A stretch of 64,000 nucleotides of DNA from an uncultured Methanomassiliicoccales archaeon (GCA_963695345.1 OY968769.1:896001-960000), one strand, 5' to 3'; positions 1 through 11,882 are shown, numbered from the stretch's first letter. The notes: a model not told the origin generated them from the letters alone. Made by a program: numbers and translations.

Positions 1-473
1 TAGGTCCCGATCTGTTTCCCGATGAACTCGATCTCGATCTTATCCAGGCCTATCAGTGGGCGTAGGATCGGGAAGTCCATGCCGAAGGTCTCCGCTCTCA
101 GGTTCTGAAGCGTCTGGGATGCCACTTGGCCGAGCGATTCCCCGGTAACGATGGCATCGGCGCCGATCCTCTCCGCGAAACCCTTTGCCGTCCGCAGCAT
201 CTGCCGCTTGCACAGGACGCACTGGAATGTCGCACGGCACTTCTCGGCGTTGATCTGGTTGTTCCTTCCGTGCGGCGCATAATAGAAATCGAAATGCCTC
301 CCAGTTGCCCTTTCCAGGGGGGCGATCATCATGGAGGTCTTGCGTACGCTGCCTGGAGAGCCATAGGGCCGGTTGTCCATGTGGAGCAGGGTCAGGTCGA
401 CCCCTCTCATCGCCATCAAGTAGGCCGCCACGGGTGAGTCGATGCCTCCGGAGATGAGCGCCACTGCCTTCAT
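1..473 (-). CDS. thiI: ThiI-family tRNA sulfurtransferase, PP-loop catalytic domain (runs off the window; absent from ORF track)
   Basis: Manual translation from ATG at 473: MKAVALISGGIDSPVAAYLM...CVLCKRQM...IVTGESLGQVASQTLQNL...PILRPLIGLDK. Contains the SGGxDS PP-loop and ThiI signature motifs. Confidence 0.85.
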   Translation of the reverse strand, partial: MKAVALISGGIDSPVAAYLMAMRGVDLTLLHMDNRPYGSPGSVRKTSMMIAPLERATGRHFDFYYAPHGRNNQINAEKCRATFQCVLCKRQMLRTAKGFAERIGADAIVTGESLGQVASQTLQNLRAETFGMDFPILRPLIGLDKIEIEFIGKQIGT

Positions 474-532
474 ATCGGGAGAGGGGAAGATTTCCCTTAT
501 AATAACATTGCCGGGGGAAAAAAGGTCCGCCT

Positions 533-718
533 TCAATTGTTGGTCTTGAAATCGCTAGTGGTCGACATTCCGGGATAGGCGGCGAGATTCTCCTCCCCCT
601 CCTCATCCTCTTGTTCTGCGACCATGTTCAGAAGGAGCGCCATTATCTCCTTCATCTGCTGAACCTCTTCCTTGAGCTCCTTGATCTCTCGGGCCAGGTC
701 CTCGTTGCTCTTTGCCAT
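533..718 (-). CDS. small hypothetical protein with coiled-coil and acidic segments
   Basis: 61-aa ORF with a GAGGT RBS-like site upstream, heptad pattern EDLAREIKELKEEVQQMKE and an acidic tail. Confidence 0.65.
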   Translation of the reverse strand: MAKSNEDLAREIKELKEEVQQMKEIMALLLNMVAEQEDEEGEENLAAYPGMSTTSDFKTNN

Positions 719-834
719 GCGACCTCACTCCATTGTCGAACCCGGTCTATTGCATTTATGCTTTTCTAGAAGAGAATAATAAACATGATAGGATGGTGAA
801 GAATGGGGAGGGATGCGCGACCCCCAAAACGTGC

Positions 835-1398
835 CTAGACGCTCTCCACGTCGCCGTAGTCATCGGCCATCTTCCTTATGTCGCCCCTCTCGCAGGTGTT
901 GCAGTAGAGGCCTTTATCGACCTTCAGCAGCGGCTGCCGGCATTTGCGGCACAGGGCCTTGACGACCCCATAGTGCGGACCGGCGGTGGTCAGCTGGATC
1001 GACGGCTTGACCTGGGTGACCTTGGCCCTGATGATATCGCTGGGCCTGACCTCGCGGCCAACGTCCTGGACATATTCCTGGGACAATTTTGAGACGTGTA
1101 TGGTTCCGTTGGTGTCCCCGGTGATATTGCGGCTCTTGCCTTTGACCAATACCACCTCGGCAATGGCCATCGAGGCGCGCACATCGGTGATCTCGGCGAA
1201 CACCTCATCGCCGATAGTTAACGTGATCATCGGATTCTCGGCGACAACCTTGGCGACCTTCTCCTTGTCGTCAAGCTCCAGTATACCTTTGAGAGCAGAA
1301 AATACCTTGCCGTTCTCCTCATAGGTGCCCTCAGCCGGCAAGTACTCTTCAGCCTCGGCCACTTCGTCGCCGGGCAAGACCTTTCTCTTATCGTTCAT
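835..1398 (-). CDS. csl4: exosome complex RNA-binding protein Csl4
   Basis: N-terminal VLPGDEVAEAEEY, S1 domain (GTIHVSKL...DIIRAKV) and C-terminal zinc ribbon CRKC...CNTC. Confidence 0.93.
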   Translation of the reverse strand: MNDKRKVLPGDEVAEAEEYLPAEGTYEENGKVFSALKGILELDDKEKVAKVVAENPMITLTIGDEVFAEITDVRASMAIAEVVLVKGKSRNITGDTNGTIHVSKLSQEYVQDVGREVRPSDIIRAKVTQVKPSIQLTTAGPHYGVVKALCRKCRQPLLKVDKGLYCNTCERGDIRKMADDYGDVESV

Positions 1399-1404
1399 TT
1401 TGCA

Positions 1405-2007
1405 TCACCCAATTCTGCGCAAGCAGAGAAGCGAAACGTCGAAACACTTCTTAGCCTTCGTATGGAACGAAAACATATGAGGAATCTCGAATTTATACCT
1501 TTTCTGGTAGTCCACATAAAAACCACGGTCGGAAATATACTTGGCCAGGAAGTCAACCGTGTCGCTCATGTGGATCGAATAGACCGCGTCGGCTACGGTC
1601 ATCGCGGTATCGAGGAACGGCCTGTCCGCATTCCGTTTCTGAGACCCGAAAGGCGGGTTCATCACCACGGTGTCAACCTTCTCGTCGAACTCGCTCACGT
1701 TCAGATTGTAAAGGTCCACATCCACTCCGATGAACTTCGCGTTCGCCGCGGCCTGGGTGAGGGCGTTCTCATCGATGTCGACCCCTATCACGCGTTTCGC
1801 GCCCAGTTTGGCCGCTCCGATGGCCAGGATCCCGGTCCCGCATCCCAGGTCCACGACCGTCCTGTCCGCGATATCGCCTTCGGCGTAGGCCATGAATAGG
1901 AAGTCAGAAGCGATCACCGATGGAGTGGAATACTGTTCCAGTGAGGCCTTCGGTCTATCGAATGGCGGGATGGTCTGCAAGATCATCTCCAGGTCTTTCT
2001 TCTTCAT
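1405..2007 (-). CDS. METTL5-family N6-adenine RNA methyltransferase
   Basis: LEQYSTP, DLGCGTG SAM motif, NPPFG catalytic motif, C-terminal FHTK; adjacent to csl4. Confidence 0.9.
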   Translation of the reverse strand: MKKKDLEMILQTIPPFDRPKASLEQYSTPSVIASDFLFMAYAEGDIADRTVVDLGCGTGILAIGAAKLGAKRVIGVDIDENALTQAAANAKFIGVDVDLYNLNVSEFDEKVDTVVMNPPFGSQKRNADRPFLDTAMTVADAVYSIHMSDTVDFLAKYISDRGFYVDYQKRYKFEIPHMFSFHTKAKKCFDVSLLCLRRIG

Positions 2008-2032
2008 TGCACACCAGGATGGACAGCGATGA

Positions 2033-2335
2033 TTAATACTCGTAGTCGACGACGGCGCGGGCCTCTCTTATCTTGAGGATATATTCGGCCACCTTGACAT
2101 GTTCCGGGTGTGCCTGATAGGCCTGAAGGTCCAGGATGTTGGCGAAATCCACGATGAGGACCAGATCATATGAGGTCGGAGAGTTCATCGCATTGATTCC
2201 CACTTCCAGTGTCTTGATCTCCTTGATCCTGAACGGAAGAAGATCCAGCATCTCCTTGGCGTGAATGGCGTTCTGTTCCTTTGTCCTGCCTTCGGCCGAT
2301 TCCTTCAGCCTCCACATAACGATGTGCTTGAGCAT
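2033..2335 (-). CDS. Dabb-family stress-responsive A/B barrel protein
   Basis: [11 protein letters not shown]...YDLVLIVDF...YQAHPEH...VVDYE matches the Dabb pattern. Confidence 0.85.
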   Translation of the reverse strand: MLKHIVMWRLKESAEGRTKEQNAIHAKEMLDLLPFRIKEIKTLEVGINAMNSPTSYDLVLIVDFANILDLQAYQAHPEHVKVAEYILKIREARAVVDYEY

Positions 2336-2349
2336 ATTGATCGCTAGCC

Positions 2350-2994
2350 TCACTGGTTGAGACCTAGATTGAGGAAATCCGCGCTGGTGAGTATCCCGAC
2401 GATCTGGCCTTTCCGGGATATCAGGATCGCCTCCTCTCGTTGAAGGTGGAACGAGGCCAGGTCGATTGGCGTGTCCTCCGAGAGTATCGGGAACGGCTCG
2501 TCCATGATCTCCTCGATCTTCGTCCTCATGACCTCGTCATAGGTCTTCCGGCCGGATTTAGTTTCCTCTATCGTGTAGTCGCGAATGCGATCATCGGTAA
2601 TGCCCCCGACGACCCTCTCACCGACGATCACGGGCAACTGCGTGAAGCGGCCCTTCATCATCCTCTCGGTCCCTTCTCCGATCGACTGGTCCGGGGTCAC
2701 ATGGATCACCCCGCGGGTGGCAAGATCGCCGACGGTGAGCTGGTTCCCGGTCTTCATGCCCTCCACCTTTCGCCTTCGGAGCACTTCCTCGAACGCCACT
2801 AGTATCTTGCGCACGTTGCTGTAGGACGGATCGATGCTGCCGCGTTCGATCTTGGCGATCAGTGATTGGCTGACTCCTGCCAAATTCGCCAATTCTCGCT
2901 GTGAGAGATTAAGCCTCTTCCTCATCTGACGTATCTTGTCGAGATCTGGGAGCTGGGGTACCAATGCGATCCGGGCCGAGGACATGGGAATCAA
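2350..2994 (-). CDS. XRE-type HTH plus CBS-pair transcriptional regulator
   Basis: LSQRELANLAGVSQSLIAKIERGSIDPSY HTH followed by two CBS repeats. Confidence 0.9.
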   Translation of the reverse strand: MIPMSSARIALVPQLPDLDKIRQMRKRLNLSQRELANLAGVSQSLIAKIERGSIDPSYSNVRKILVAFEEVLRRRKVEGMKTGNQLTVGDLATRGVIHVTPDQSIGEGTERMMKGRFTQLPVIVGERVVGGITDDRIRDYTIEETKSGRKTYDEVMRTKIEEIMDEPFPILSEDTPIDLASFHLQREEAILISRKGQIVGILTSADFLNLGLNQ

Positions 2995-3486
2995 CCTTTC
3001 TTATGACCTGCTGCAGAGCTTCATTGTGATTGGCAAATTTAAGCTTTGCCAGAATCATATGAACAAATCCTGGGGGGAATCAATGTTCGGATTATGATTC
3101 TGGTTTGCATCGACTAGACAAATAGCTAGATAATATGAAAATATTTCGCTTAAATGACTATGGGATTGGAGCTAGTCAACTAAAAACTAGACAATTGTAC
3201 AGTCAAATAGAGGCGGTATTCCCATATGAATCAATAAAACAATAATGCATATATATGTCCGCGAAATAGCATCGAGTGATGGACCAACGTCATAAAGGTA
3301 AGAGATGTCCCTCTTTCACAGGGCGTTCGGCCCTGCCCACGGTAGGTTTCCTTCCGCTAATGCGGCATGTATCTCTGGAAAGATTAATTACCCAAGCGGA
3401 GACAACTACTGGGACTCTGATGCGAGAGCTATTATCCATCGGACATCCCTACAGGGATGTATTCGTCGTTAACAGGAGTAAGTAAT

Positions 3487-4721
3487 ATGGAATATTTCGG
3501 TGATGAACGTCACCACAGATGCGTGTCACAGGTCAGCAACCCACTCCCCAAGCCGGCTTATGCTTATGGAGCGGCCAGACCGTCCGGGCCCGCCTACCTC
3601 ATGGGCGGCTGCGGTATCGCGGGCATCATGGCACTGGATGGCAGCACGATCTCGGGCAACCGGATCGGCTCGATGTTAAGGACCATGGGCGAGAGGGAGA
3701 ACGGACTAGGAGCCGGCTATGCCTGCTACGGGCTCTTCCCCCAGCACCTCGACGAATATTGCTTTCAGGTCTTCTTCGATGATGAGGAGATCAAGAAGAA
3801 GGTCGAAGAGTTCTTCAAGGATTATCTCGAGATCAACCATGCCGAGAAGGTATATACCAAACCGGTTCAGACTATGACCCCTCCGTTCCCCAAGATATGG
3901 CGATACTTTGTCACGCCAAAACCGGGCAAAGATTGGTACGGCAATACCCAACTGGCCCCTGACGATTTCATCATCCAGGTGGTCATGTTCGTCAATTCCA
4001 CCATGTCCGGTGCCCAGATCATATCTTCCGGGAAGAACATGGCCGTCTTCAAGGGGAACGGGTTCTCCTATGAGATCGCCGAATTCTACGATATCTCCCG
4101 TTACAGCGGCAATCTCTGGATATCCCACTCCAGGTTCCCCACGAACTCTCCCGCCTGGTGGGCGGGGGCGCACCCGATGAGCGTCCTAGACTGGGGGGTC
4201 TGCCACAACGGGGAGATCACCTCCTATGGCGTGAACAAGAAACTGGTGGAGATGAACGGCTACAAGTGCACGGTGCAGACGGACACCGAGGTGGTCTCCT
4301 ATATCTGGGACCTGCTGGTGCGGAAGCATAAACTGCCGATCCAGGCGGCCGCCTTCGCCATGGCCCCGTGGACCCACGAGGAGATCGCCACCCTCGATCC
4401 CGCAAGCAGGAAACTGGCCACATGGCTCCGCATCGCCTATCGGGAGGCTTTCCTGAACGGTCCGTTCTCCATACTGGTCGGGCGCTCCCAACCCGAGATA
4501 ACGCTGATAGCCCTGGCCGACCGCAAGAAGTTGAGACCAATGCTCGTAGGCAAATCGCAGGATGGCAAATTGGCCTTCTGCGCCTCCGAGGAGTGCGCCG
4601 TCCGAACGGTGGAACCGGAGGCGATCACATGGACCTGTAACGCGGGAAGCCCATTCATCGCCCAGGTGGGCAAGGGCATCATCAGGGCGGGAATCGAACA
4701 CCCATTCCAGGGGGCCACCCA

Positions 4722-4725
<4 letters not shown>
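3487..4725 (+). CDS. glutamate synthase amidotransferase subunit (GltB domain 1, class II GATase)
   Basis: CGIAG nucleophile after a propeptide, HSRFPTN, AHP, HNGEITSY, DTEV, GPFS and DRKKLRP motifs. Alternative start at 3457. Confidence 0.88.
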
Positions 4726-6259
<1,534 letters not shown>

Positions 6260-6260
<1 letters not shown>

Positions 6261-7099
6261 TGTCGAACATCGATTACGACTACCATGTGGAAGAATGCGA
6301 CTGCGGCAAAGACTGCACTGTCACGCGGGAGGGCGTCGCCACCATCCGGGCCGACGGGAGAGATACGGGCAAAGGCGCGCTCCATTACAAGACGCTGAAC
6401 TGCGCCATCCGTAAGGCCATTGCCTCAGACATCAAGACGATCATCATAGAGGAGGTCATGGGCCAGCGTTATATAGGCGCCACTGCCACCGGGTCCGACC
6501 TGCGCATTATGATCCACGGCACCCCGGGCAACAGCCTGGGGGCTTTCCTGAACGGACCTACGATCGAAGTGATGGGCAATGCCCAGGACATGACCGGCAA
6601 CACCATGAACTCGGGGAAAATAATCGTTCACGGGAACGCCTGGGATGTTACTGGCCTGTCGGCACGCGGGGGGACCATCATGATCAAGGGGTCCTCCGGA
6701 TACCGCGTCGGCATACACATGAAGGAATATGGCCAGACACGACCCTCATTGGTCATCGGAGGAACCGTCAAGGACTACCTCGGCGAATACATGGCAGGAG
6801 GAACGATTCTGGTGCTGGGCCTCCGAACGCATGCGGAGTCACCGGTCGGTCACAACATCGGCGCTGGTATGCATGGAGGGCGAATCTATGTGAGAGGCAA
6901 GGTCGACATCAGCCAGCTCGGTCCGGGTGCGGTCGTATCGAAGGTAACGGAGGAAGACACGGCCGAACTGACCGCGCTCATCGAGGAGTACGAAGGATAC
7001 TTCGGCGAGCCAGTGGGAAGGGACTACTCCAATTTCGTGAAGATCAAGCCCTCATCGTCAAGGCCGTTCAGCGGATACTACGATAAGACGAACATCTGA
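6260..7099 (+). CDS. glutamate synthase GXGXG subunit (GltB domain 3)
   Basis: Repeated Gly-rich beta-helix motifs (GQRYIG, GNSLGAF, GEYMAGG, GAGMHGG); start overlaps the upstream stop. Confidence 0.88.
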
Positions 7100-7102
7100 A
7101 CG

Positions 7103-7564
7103 TCATAGACCAGGCGGCCGTGAGACTGAATCGAGCACCACCTTCAGCTCGATGTCCTTCAGACCCATCGGGATCAGATCGCGGGTGACGATGTCCTCGA
7201 GCGAGTGATTGTCCGGGGCAGAGACACGGACCAGTATCCTTTTCTGCCCAGATATCTGAAGCACCTCCCTGACCCCTTCGATCTTGGAGAGCTTCTTGAG
7301 GTCCGCCGCCGTCGTTTCATGCGCCAGGTTACCCAGGACGATGGCGTCGGCATTCATCCCCATGCGCTCCGCGTTGACGATGGCATAGTAGCCGAGGATG
7401 ACCTTGTCGTCCTCGAGACGGCGTATGCGGTCCCGGACCGTCGATGAGGACCGCCTGAGCTTCACCGAGACGTCGTTGTATGTCATCCGGCCGTCCGCCA
7501 GAAGCAGCCCTATGATCTTCCGGTTCATCTGGTCAACGCTAACCAATTCCTTTCCCCCATCCAA
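7103..7564 (-). CDS. Lrp/AsnC-family transcriptional regulator
   Basis: DGRMTYNDVSVKLRRSSSTVRDRIRRLEDDKVI wHTH plus RAM domain. Confidence 0.9.
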   Translation of the reverse strand: MDGGKELVSVDQMNRKIIGLLLADGRMTYNDVSVKLRRSSSTVRDRIRRLEDDKVILGYYAIVNAERMGMNADAIVLGNLAHETTAADLKKLSKIEGVREVLQISGQKRILVRVSAPDNHSLEDIVTRDLIPMGLKDIELKVVLDSVSRPPGL

Positions 7565-7716
7565 CTATTCGGTCTATTCTTAGTTGTCTCACGAATATAT
7601 AACTAACGGGGGTGTACGCCCCTCCGGCGGACGAAATGGACAAAGAGAGCGTGCAAAGCGGACCTTTGACATGTTTGACTTTGCCTGGTAAGATGACGGC
7701 AAATACGCCTTTTCGA

Positions 7717-8346
7717 TCAGTTCTTTACGGTCTGCATCTGCCGCGCGAACCCGCAGCCCTCGCAAGGTATCTCGAGAACGCACTTCTCTCCCTGCGGGAT
7801 GCCTTTGATAGCGCACAAGACCGCATGGTCCAATGGCTTGAACGGTACCTTGCGCCCGTTCGACAGAAGCATGGCCTTCTCCGCCTCATTGGGTACCATG
7901 GCATTGGAGCAGCTGGAACTAACCGATGTCATGCACTTGGCCACATCAGCGGGTGAGCATGAATCACATCTTGTGCCGCTTCTGGACAATGGCCCGAACA
8001 GGTTGGCCAACGGGTCCACCATGAAGATGCCGTTGTCCTTCCCGAAGGTGATGTACACCGTTGAAGGTTTCGCCGGCTCGATCAGCTCCATCCGCGTCCC
8101 TCTGACCTTGCGCTCCTCGCGCACGGCCCAGAAATCCTTCAGATGGTTATTGAGCTGATAGACAAGTTGATGGTATCCGACCCCTAACCTGTCCGCCAAA
8201 TCCTGTTTCGATATGGGCGCTTCCCTCGTCGAACCGTAGAGGGTGCGCAGGATGCGCTTCCTCATGTCATGATTGACAATGGACGAGTAGGTTTCTGGGT
8301 CAATGTAAGCGATTTCAATCCTGCAATTCGATGGCAATAGGTTCAT
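7717..8346 (-). CDS. winged-HTH (ArsR-like) regulator with Cys-rich C-terminal domain
   Basis: RKRILRTL...SKQDLADRLGVGYHQLVYQL HTH; C-terminal CDSC...C...C...C...C...CEGC. Confidence 0.7.
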   Translation of the reverse strand: MNLLPSNCRIEIAYIDPETYSSIVNHDMRKRILRTLYGSTREAPISKQDLADRLGVGYHQLVYQLNNHLKDFWAVREERKVRGTRMELIEPAKPSTVYITFGKDNGIFMVDPLANLFGPLSRSGTRCDSCSPADVAKCMTSVSSSCSNAMVPNEAEKAMLLSNGRKVPFKPLDHAVLCAIKGIPQGEKCVLEIPCEGCGFARQMQTVKN

Positions 8347-8420
8347 ATCAAACCGGCGGCTATTTAATTATTGAGTCTGTAGTTCAATCCACGGACCCGA
8401 TTGGATGCATTTCCCTGCCA

Positions 8421-9494
8421 TCAGCCCACTATCCGGTGGGTCGGGTTCGGCCTCGACGGGGCGAAGCACTCGTCCCTGAAACCATTTGACCGGTTGCCGA
8501 TCGAATCCATCGCCTGGATGATGGAGCTTCTGATGTTTGAGCGAAGCTCTTCCGGAGATGATACCACTCGGGCATTGATGGTGATCGCGACCTTGCCCTC
8601 GGCGTATCGGGAACCGCTGATACCGTCGATCGAGATATTGTCGAACACGACGGACATCTTGAGGGAATTGGTGTCCGAGGTCAGCATGATCTTGGCGTGG
8701 GCGATGTCCCCTGGATCGTAGCAGAGGGCGATGTCCCGGATGATCCTTGTGGCCAGGTCGTAAGTGTCGACCCTTTGATCGGCCTGGAAATTGAAGGTGC
8801 AATTATACCAGCCCAGTTCCGCCTCCGCCTGGGCGTAGGTGTCATAGTCGATGTCCACGTTCTGACGGTCGCTGGTATTGCCGGAACGGACAACGTTCAT
8901 TATCTCGTCCAGCCCATGGCCGGTGATCGCTGAGTAAGGGATCACGCTCGCCTGAGGATTGTAGCTCTTAGCCGCTTCGACCAGCTTGAGCAGTTCCTCC
9001 CTGGTGACCATGTCTATCTTGGAGATGACTATGTGTTCCGCCTCCTCGATCTGGTGCTTCCTGAGATAACCGCTCAAAGTGCTCGGGTCCAGCCCCACCT
9101 CGGCCAGACGCGGTGCGTCCACGACGATGATTAGCGGGGCGACCTCGAACTCGTCGGGATGCATCAGCTTCAGCGGGGCGATGACGGTGGCCAGCAGATC
9201 GGTGCATGAACCGACCGGTTCCGCGATAATGAAATCCGGGCTGGTGGTGGAGGCGAAATTCCTGGCCGATGCCATGAGGTCGTTGAACCGGCAGCAGAAA
9301 CAGCCACGCAGCACCTCCGATGTCTTAAAACCCATCGCGGTTGAATATTGCGTGTCGACCAGCGCCTCACCCTGATCGTTCATGATCAGACCGACGGTCT
9401 TGCCGGCCCCGCTCAATCCCTTCGCGATCTTGTTAATCAGGGTGGTCTTGCCGGCCCCGAGGAAACCACCAATGATCGCTATGCGTGTAGCCAT
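8421..9494 (-). CDS. CobW/COG0523-family (G3E) GTPase, putative metallochaperone
   Basis: GGFLGAGKTT Walker A, GCFCC metal motif, EPVGSC and SKID. Confidence 0.88.
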   Translation of the reverse strand: MATRIAIIGGFLGAGKTTLINKIAKGLSGAGKTVGLIMNDQGEALVDTQYSTAMGFKTSEVLRGCFCCRFNDLMASARNFASTTSPDFIIAEPVGSCTDLLATVIAPLKLMHPDEFEVAPLIIVVDAPRLAEVGLDPSTLSGYLRKHQIEEAEHIVISKIDMVTREELLKLVEAAKSYNPQASVIPYSAITGHGLDEIMNVVRSGNTSDRQNVDIDYDTYAQAEAELGWYNCTFNFQADQRVDTYDLATRIIRDIALCYDPGDIAHAKIMLTSDTNSLKMSVVFDNISIDGISGSRYAEGKVAITINARVVSSPEELRSNIRSSIIQAMDSIGNRSNGFRDECFAPSRPNPTHRIVG

Positions 9495-9572
9495 TTCAGA
9501 ATCCCCGATGACCAGACAGCGGGCCTGAAGATAAACATTTTACTCTGGACCCAACAGTCTGCCTGAACCTGA

Positions 9573-10247
9573 TCAGACTATTATCGCGTCGCCCGGTCTC
9601 ATGACGGTTGCGGTACCGATGCCCTGCTCTGCGATACGGTCGCGGAACTCGTACGGGTCGGCCTCGGACCACTTGCCATAGTGCATAGGGACGACCTTCT
9701 TGGCCCTGAGCAGTTTCTCTGCCCTGACCGCGTCCTCGGAATCCATGGTGTATATGCCTCCGATGGGCAGCATGGCCAGGTCGATGTCGTATTGTTCTGA
9801 TATCAACGCCATGTCCCCGAACAGGGCGGTATCCCCTGCGTGGAACAGGTTCTTCCCGCCGATGTTGACCATGAACGAAGTGGCGGTGCCCAAAGGATGG
9901 ATGTCGTCCAGGGAGGATGAGTGCACTGCGGGGAACAGCTTGACCGAACCAAAACCGAACTTGAACTTGCCCCCTATGTGGGCGTTGATGACTTTGGCCC
10001 CCTGGGATTCGCAATACATGCCCAACTCGAATGAGCACAGGATCGGCGAGTTCGATCGCTTGGACATCTCGATCGCGTCCCCAAGATGGTCATTGTGGGC
10101 GTGCGTTACCAGAATGAGGTCGGCCTCGATGTCCCGGGCCTTGAAAGGGGCATCGGCGTTGCCGGTAAGGAACGGGTCGATGAGGACCGTAGTGCTGCCA
10201 TCGAAGATCGTGAACGCTGAATGACCTAGGTAACGAAGCTTGACCAT
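9573..10247 (-). CDS. metal-dependent hydrolase, MBL fold (UPF0173-like)
   Basis: LGHSAF, IDPFL, THAHNDHLGD, HAGDT, LPIGG and PMHY motifs. Confidence 0.9.
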   Translation of the reverse strand: MVKLRYLGHSAFTIFDGSTTVLIDPFLTGNADAPFKARDIEADLILVTHAHNDHLGDAIEMSKRSNSPILCSFELGMYCESQGAKVINAHIGGKFKFGFGSVKLFPAVHSSSLDDIHPLGTATSFMVNIGGKNLFHAGDTALFGDMALISEQYDIDLAMLPIGGIYTMDSEDAVRAEKLLRAKKVVPMHYGKWSEADPYEFRDRIAEQGIGTATVMRPGDAIIV

Positions 10248-10317
10248 GGAGTCAGTAGATGAATCGCCGAACCGATATAAGTTACCGGCATTGTGATTCA
10301 CAAGACATGGCTTTGAT

Positions 10318-11319
10318 ATGACAAGTGCCAGCCAGGGACGGGATAAGCAAGGTTCAAATCCTGATGGTCAAATACTGCATGGAATGGATGGAACCGACCT
10401 GAGCCTGATCAGGATCTTGCTCTTCGAGCCCAGGCTGTCCTACCGGGAGCTCGCCGATCGCCTGAATATTTCGGTGCAGGCTGTCCATCGCCGCATCCAG
10501 ATCCTTATGGAAGAACGGATCATTCTCGGCTTCGGGACGAACATATCCCTGAGATATCTCAAAGCGGTGGAGGTGATGGTCCAAGGAACATCTCGTTTCA
10601 CCTCGAGGGAACATATGATCGCAGAACTCCATTCTGATGATCGGATATCCCAGATCCTGTTCGGAAGCGGGAACATGCTTTTTGTAACCGCGATCCTTCA
10701 TGATATCTCGGAATTGGAAACGTTCGTCTCTTTTGTCAGCAGGTCCGCAGCAATGCCCGAGCCGATTGTGGCGATCGTTTCGCATGGCTTGGCCGGAAAG
10801 GCCGGCGAAAGAACCGATCCGAGCACTGGACCGGAACTATCTCACCTGGACAAGAGGATCATCTCTTCCATGAGGAGGGAGGCGCGTAAGGCGGTGGCAG
10901 ACATTGCCTCCGAGCTGAACGTTACTGCGGCGACGGTGAAACGGCGGCTGGACGGGATGATCGAGGATGGCTCTGTGGAGTTCTCCCTTGGCTTGCATCC
11001 AGGCCTGTCGGGCAACATCATAACCATCATCAACGTCAAACTCAACGAGGGAGCGGACAAGATGGCGGTGGGAAACGATTTCGTCCAACGGTTTGCTCCA
11101 ACGGTAGGTTACTACCGCACGTTCAGCAATCTGCCCGACCTGATAGTCATGTTGGCCTGGACCAAGACACTCCATGACCTGGAACTGCTATTGATGGAGA
11201 TAGAGAAGTGCGACCGTATACGGTCCGCGGTCCCTGAGATCATCTATGCAGGACGATACTATGAGACATGGCGTGACCACCTCCTGGAAGGCGGGAAGCG
11301 TCCAGATAACATGACGTGA
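10318..11319 (+). CDS. tandem (double) Lrp/AsnC-type regulator
   Basis: Two wHTH+RAM units (SYRELADRLNISVQAVHRRI; AVADIASELNVTAATVKRRL). Start may be 10384. Confidence 0.85.
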   Translation: MTSASQGRDKQGSNPDGQILHGMDGTDLSLIRILLFEPRLSYRELADRLNISVQAVHRRIQILMEERIILGFGTNISLRYLKAVEVMVQGTSRFTSREHMIAELHSDDRISQILFGSGNMLFVTAILHDISELETFVSFVSRSAAMPEPIVAIVSHGLAGKAGERTDPSTGPELSHLDKRIISSMRREARKAVADIASELNVTAATVKRRLDGMIEDGSVEFSLGLHPGLSGNIITIINVKLNEGADKMAVGNDFVQRFAPTVGYYRTFSNLPDLIVMLAWTKTLHDLELLLMEIEKCDRIRSAVPEIIYAGRYYETWRDHLLEGGKRPDNMT

Positions 11320-11444
11320 GAGATCTTCAACGTCATTGTTGAAAGAATGAAGCATTTGTTCCCCCTCCATGTGAGGAACATCATCGGTCCCGTGAACGTG
11401 GAAATATCTCCCCGTTCGGCATTCATCATTTTCAGTGGAAAAAC

Positions 11445-11882
11445 ATGCAGATCACAAAGATTTCAAGCGGCTCGATGAGAACGAAAAGGATCATGGGCCT
11501 GTTCCTGATGGTTCACGGAATGGTGCACCTGGGGGTCGCCTCGGCCCCAAACCCGGACGGGTCGTCGGGGCCATGGATGTTGGACCCGGCAACCTCGGTG
11601 TTTATTTCTTTCGGACTTGGTACCGATATCGTCACCGGGATCGGAATCGTATTGGTAGGGATCGCGGCGGCGGGTTTCGTCCTGTCCGGCCTCGGCATCC
11701 TGATACGGAGGCAGGATAGTAGCCAGTTGGTCGTGGCATCGGCGCTATCCTCCCTTGCCCTGCTTCTGGGATTCTTCAACATCTATTGGATGGCCGCCAT
11801 AGGAATCGACATAATGGTGATTGTCCTGTTCGCTTCGAAAACCACACAGTACAGGGCCACCAAGGCAGCGTTCGCGGAGTAG
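11445..11882 (+). CDS. hypothetical membrane protein (about 4 TM)
   Basis: Several hydrophobic helices and an HGMVHL motif; abuts the next gene. Confidence 0.7.
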   Translation: MQITKISSGSMRTKRIMGLFLMVHGMVHLGVASAPNPDGSSGPWMLDPATSVFISFGLGTDIVTGIGIVLVGIAAAGFVLSGLGILIRRQDSSQLVVASALSSLALLLGFFNIYWMAAIGIDIMVIVLFASKTTQYRATKAAFAE

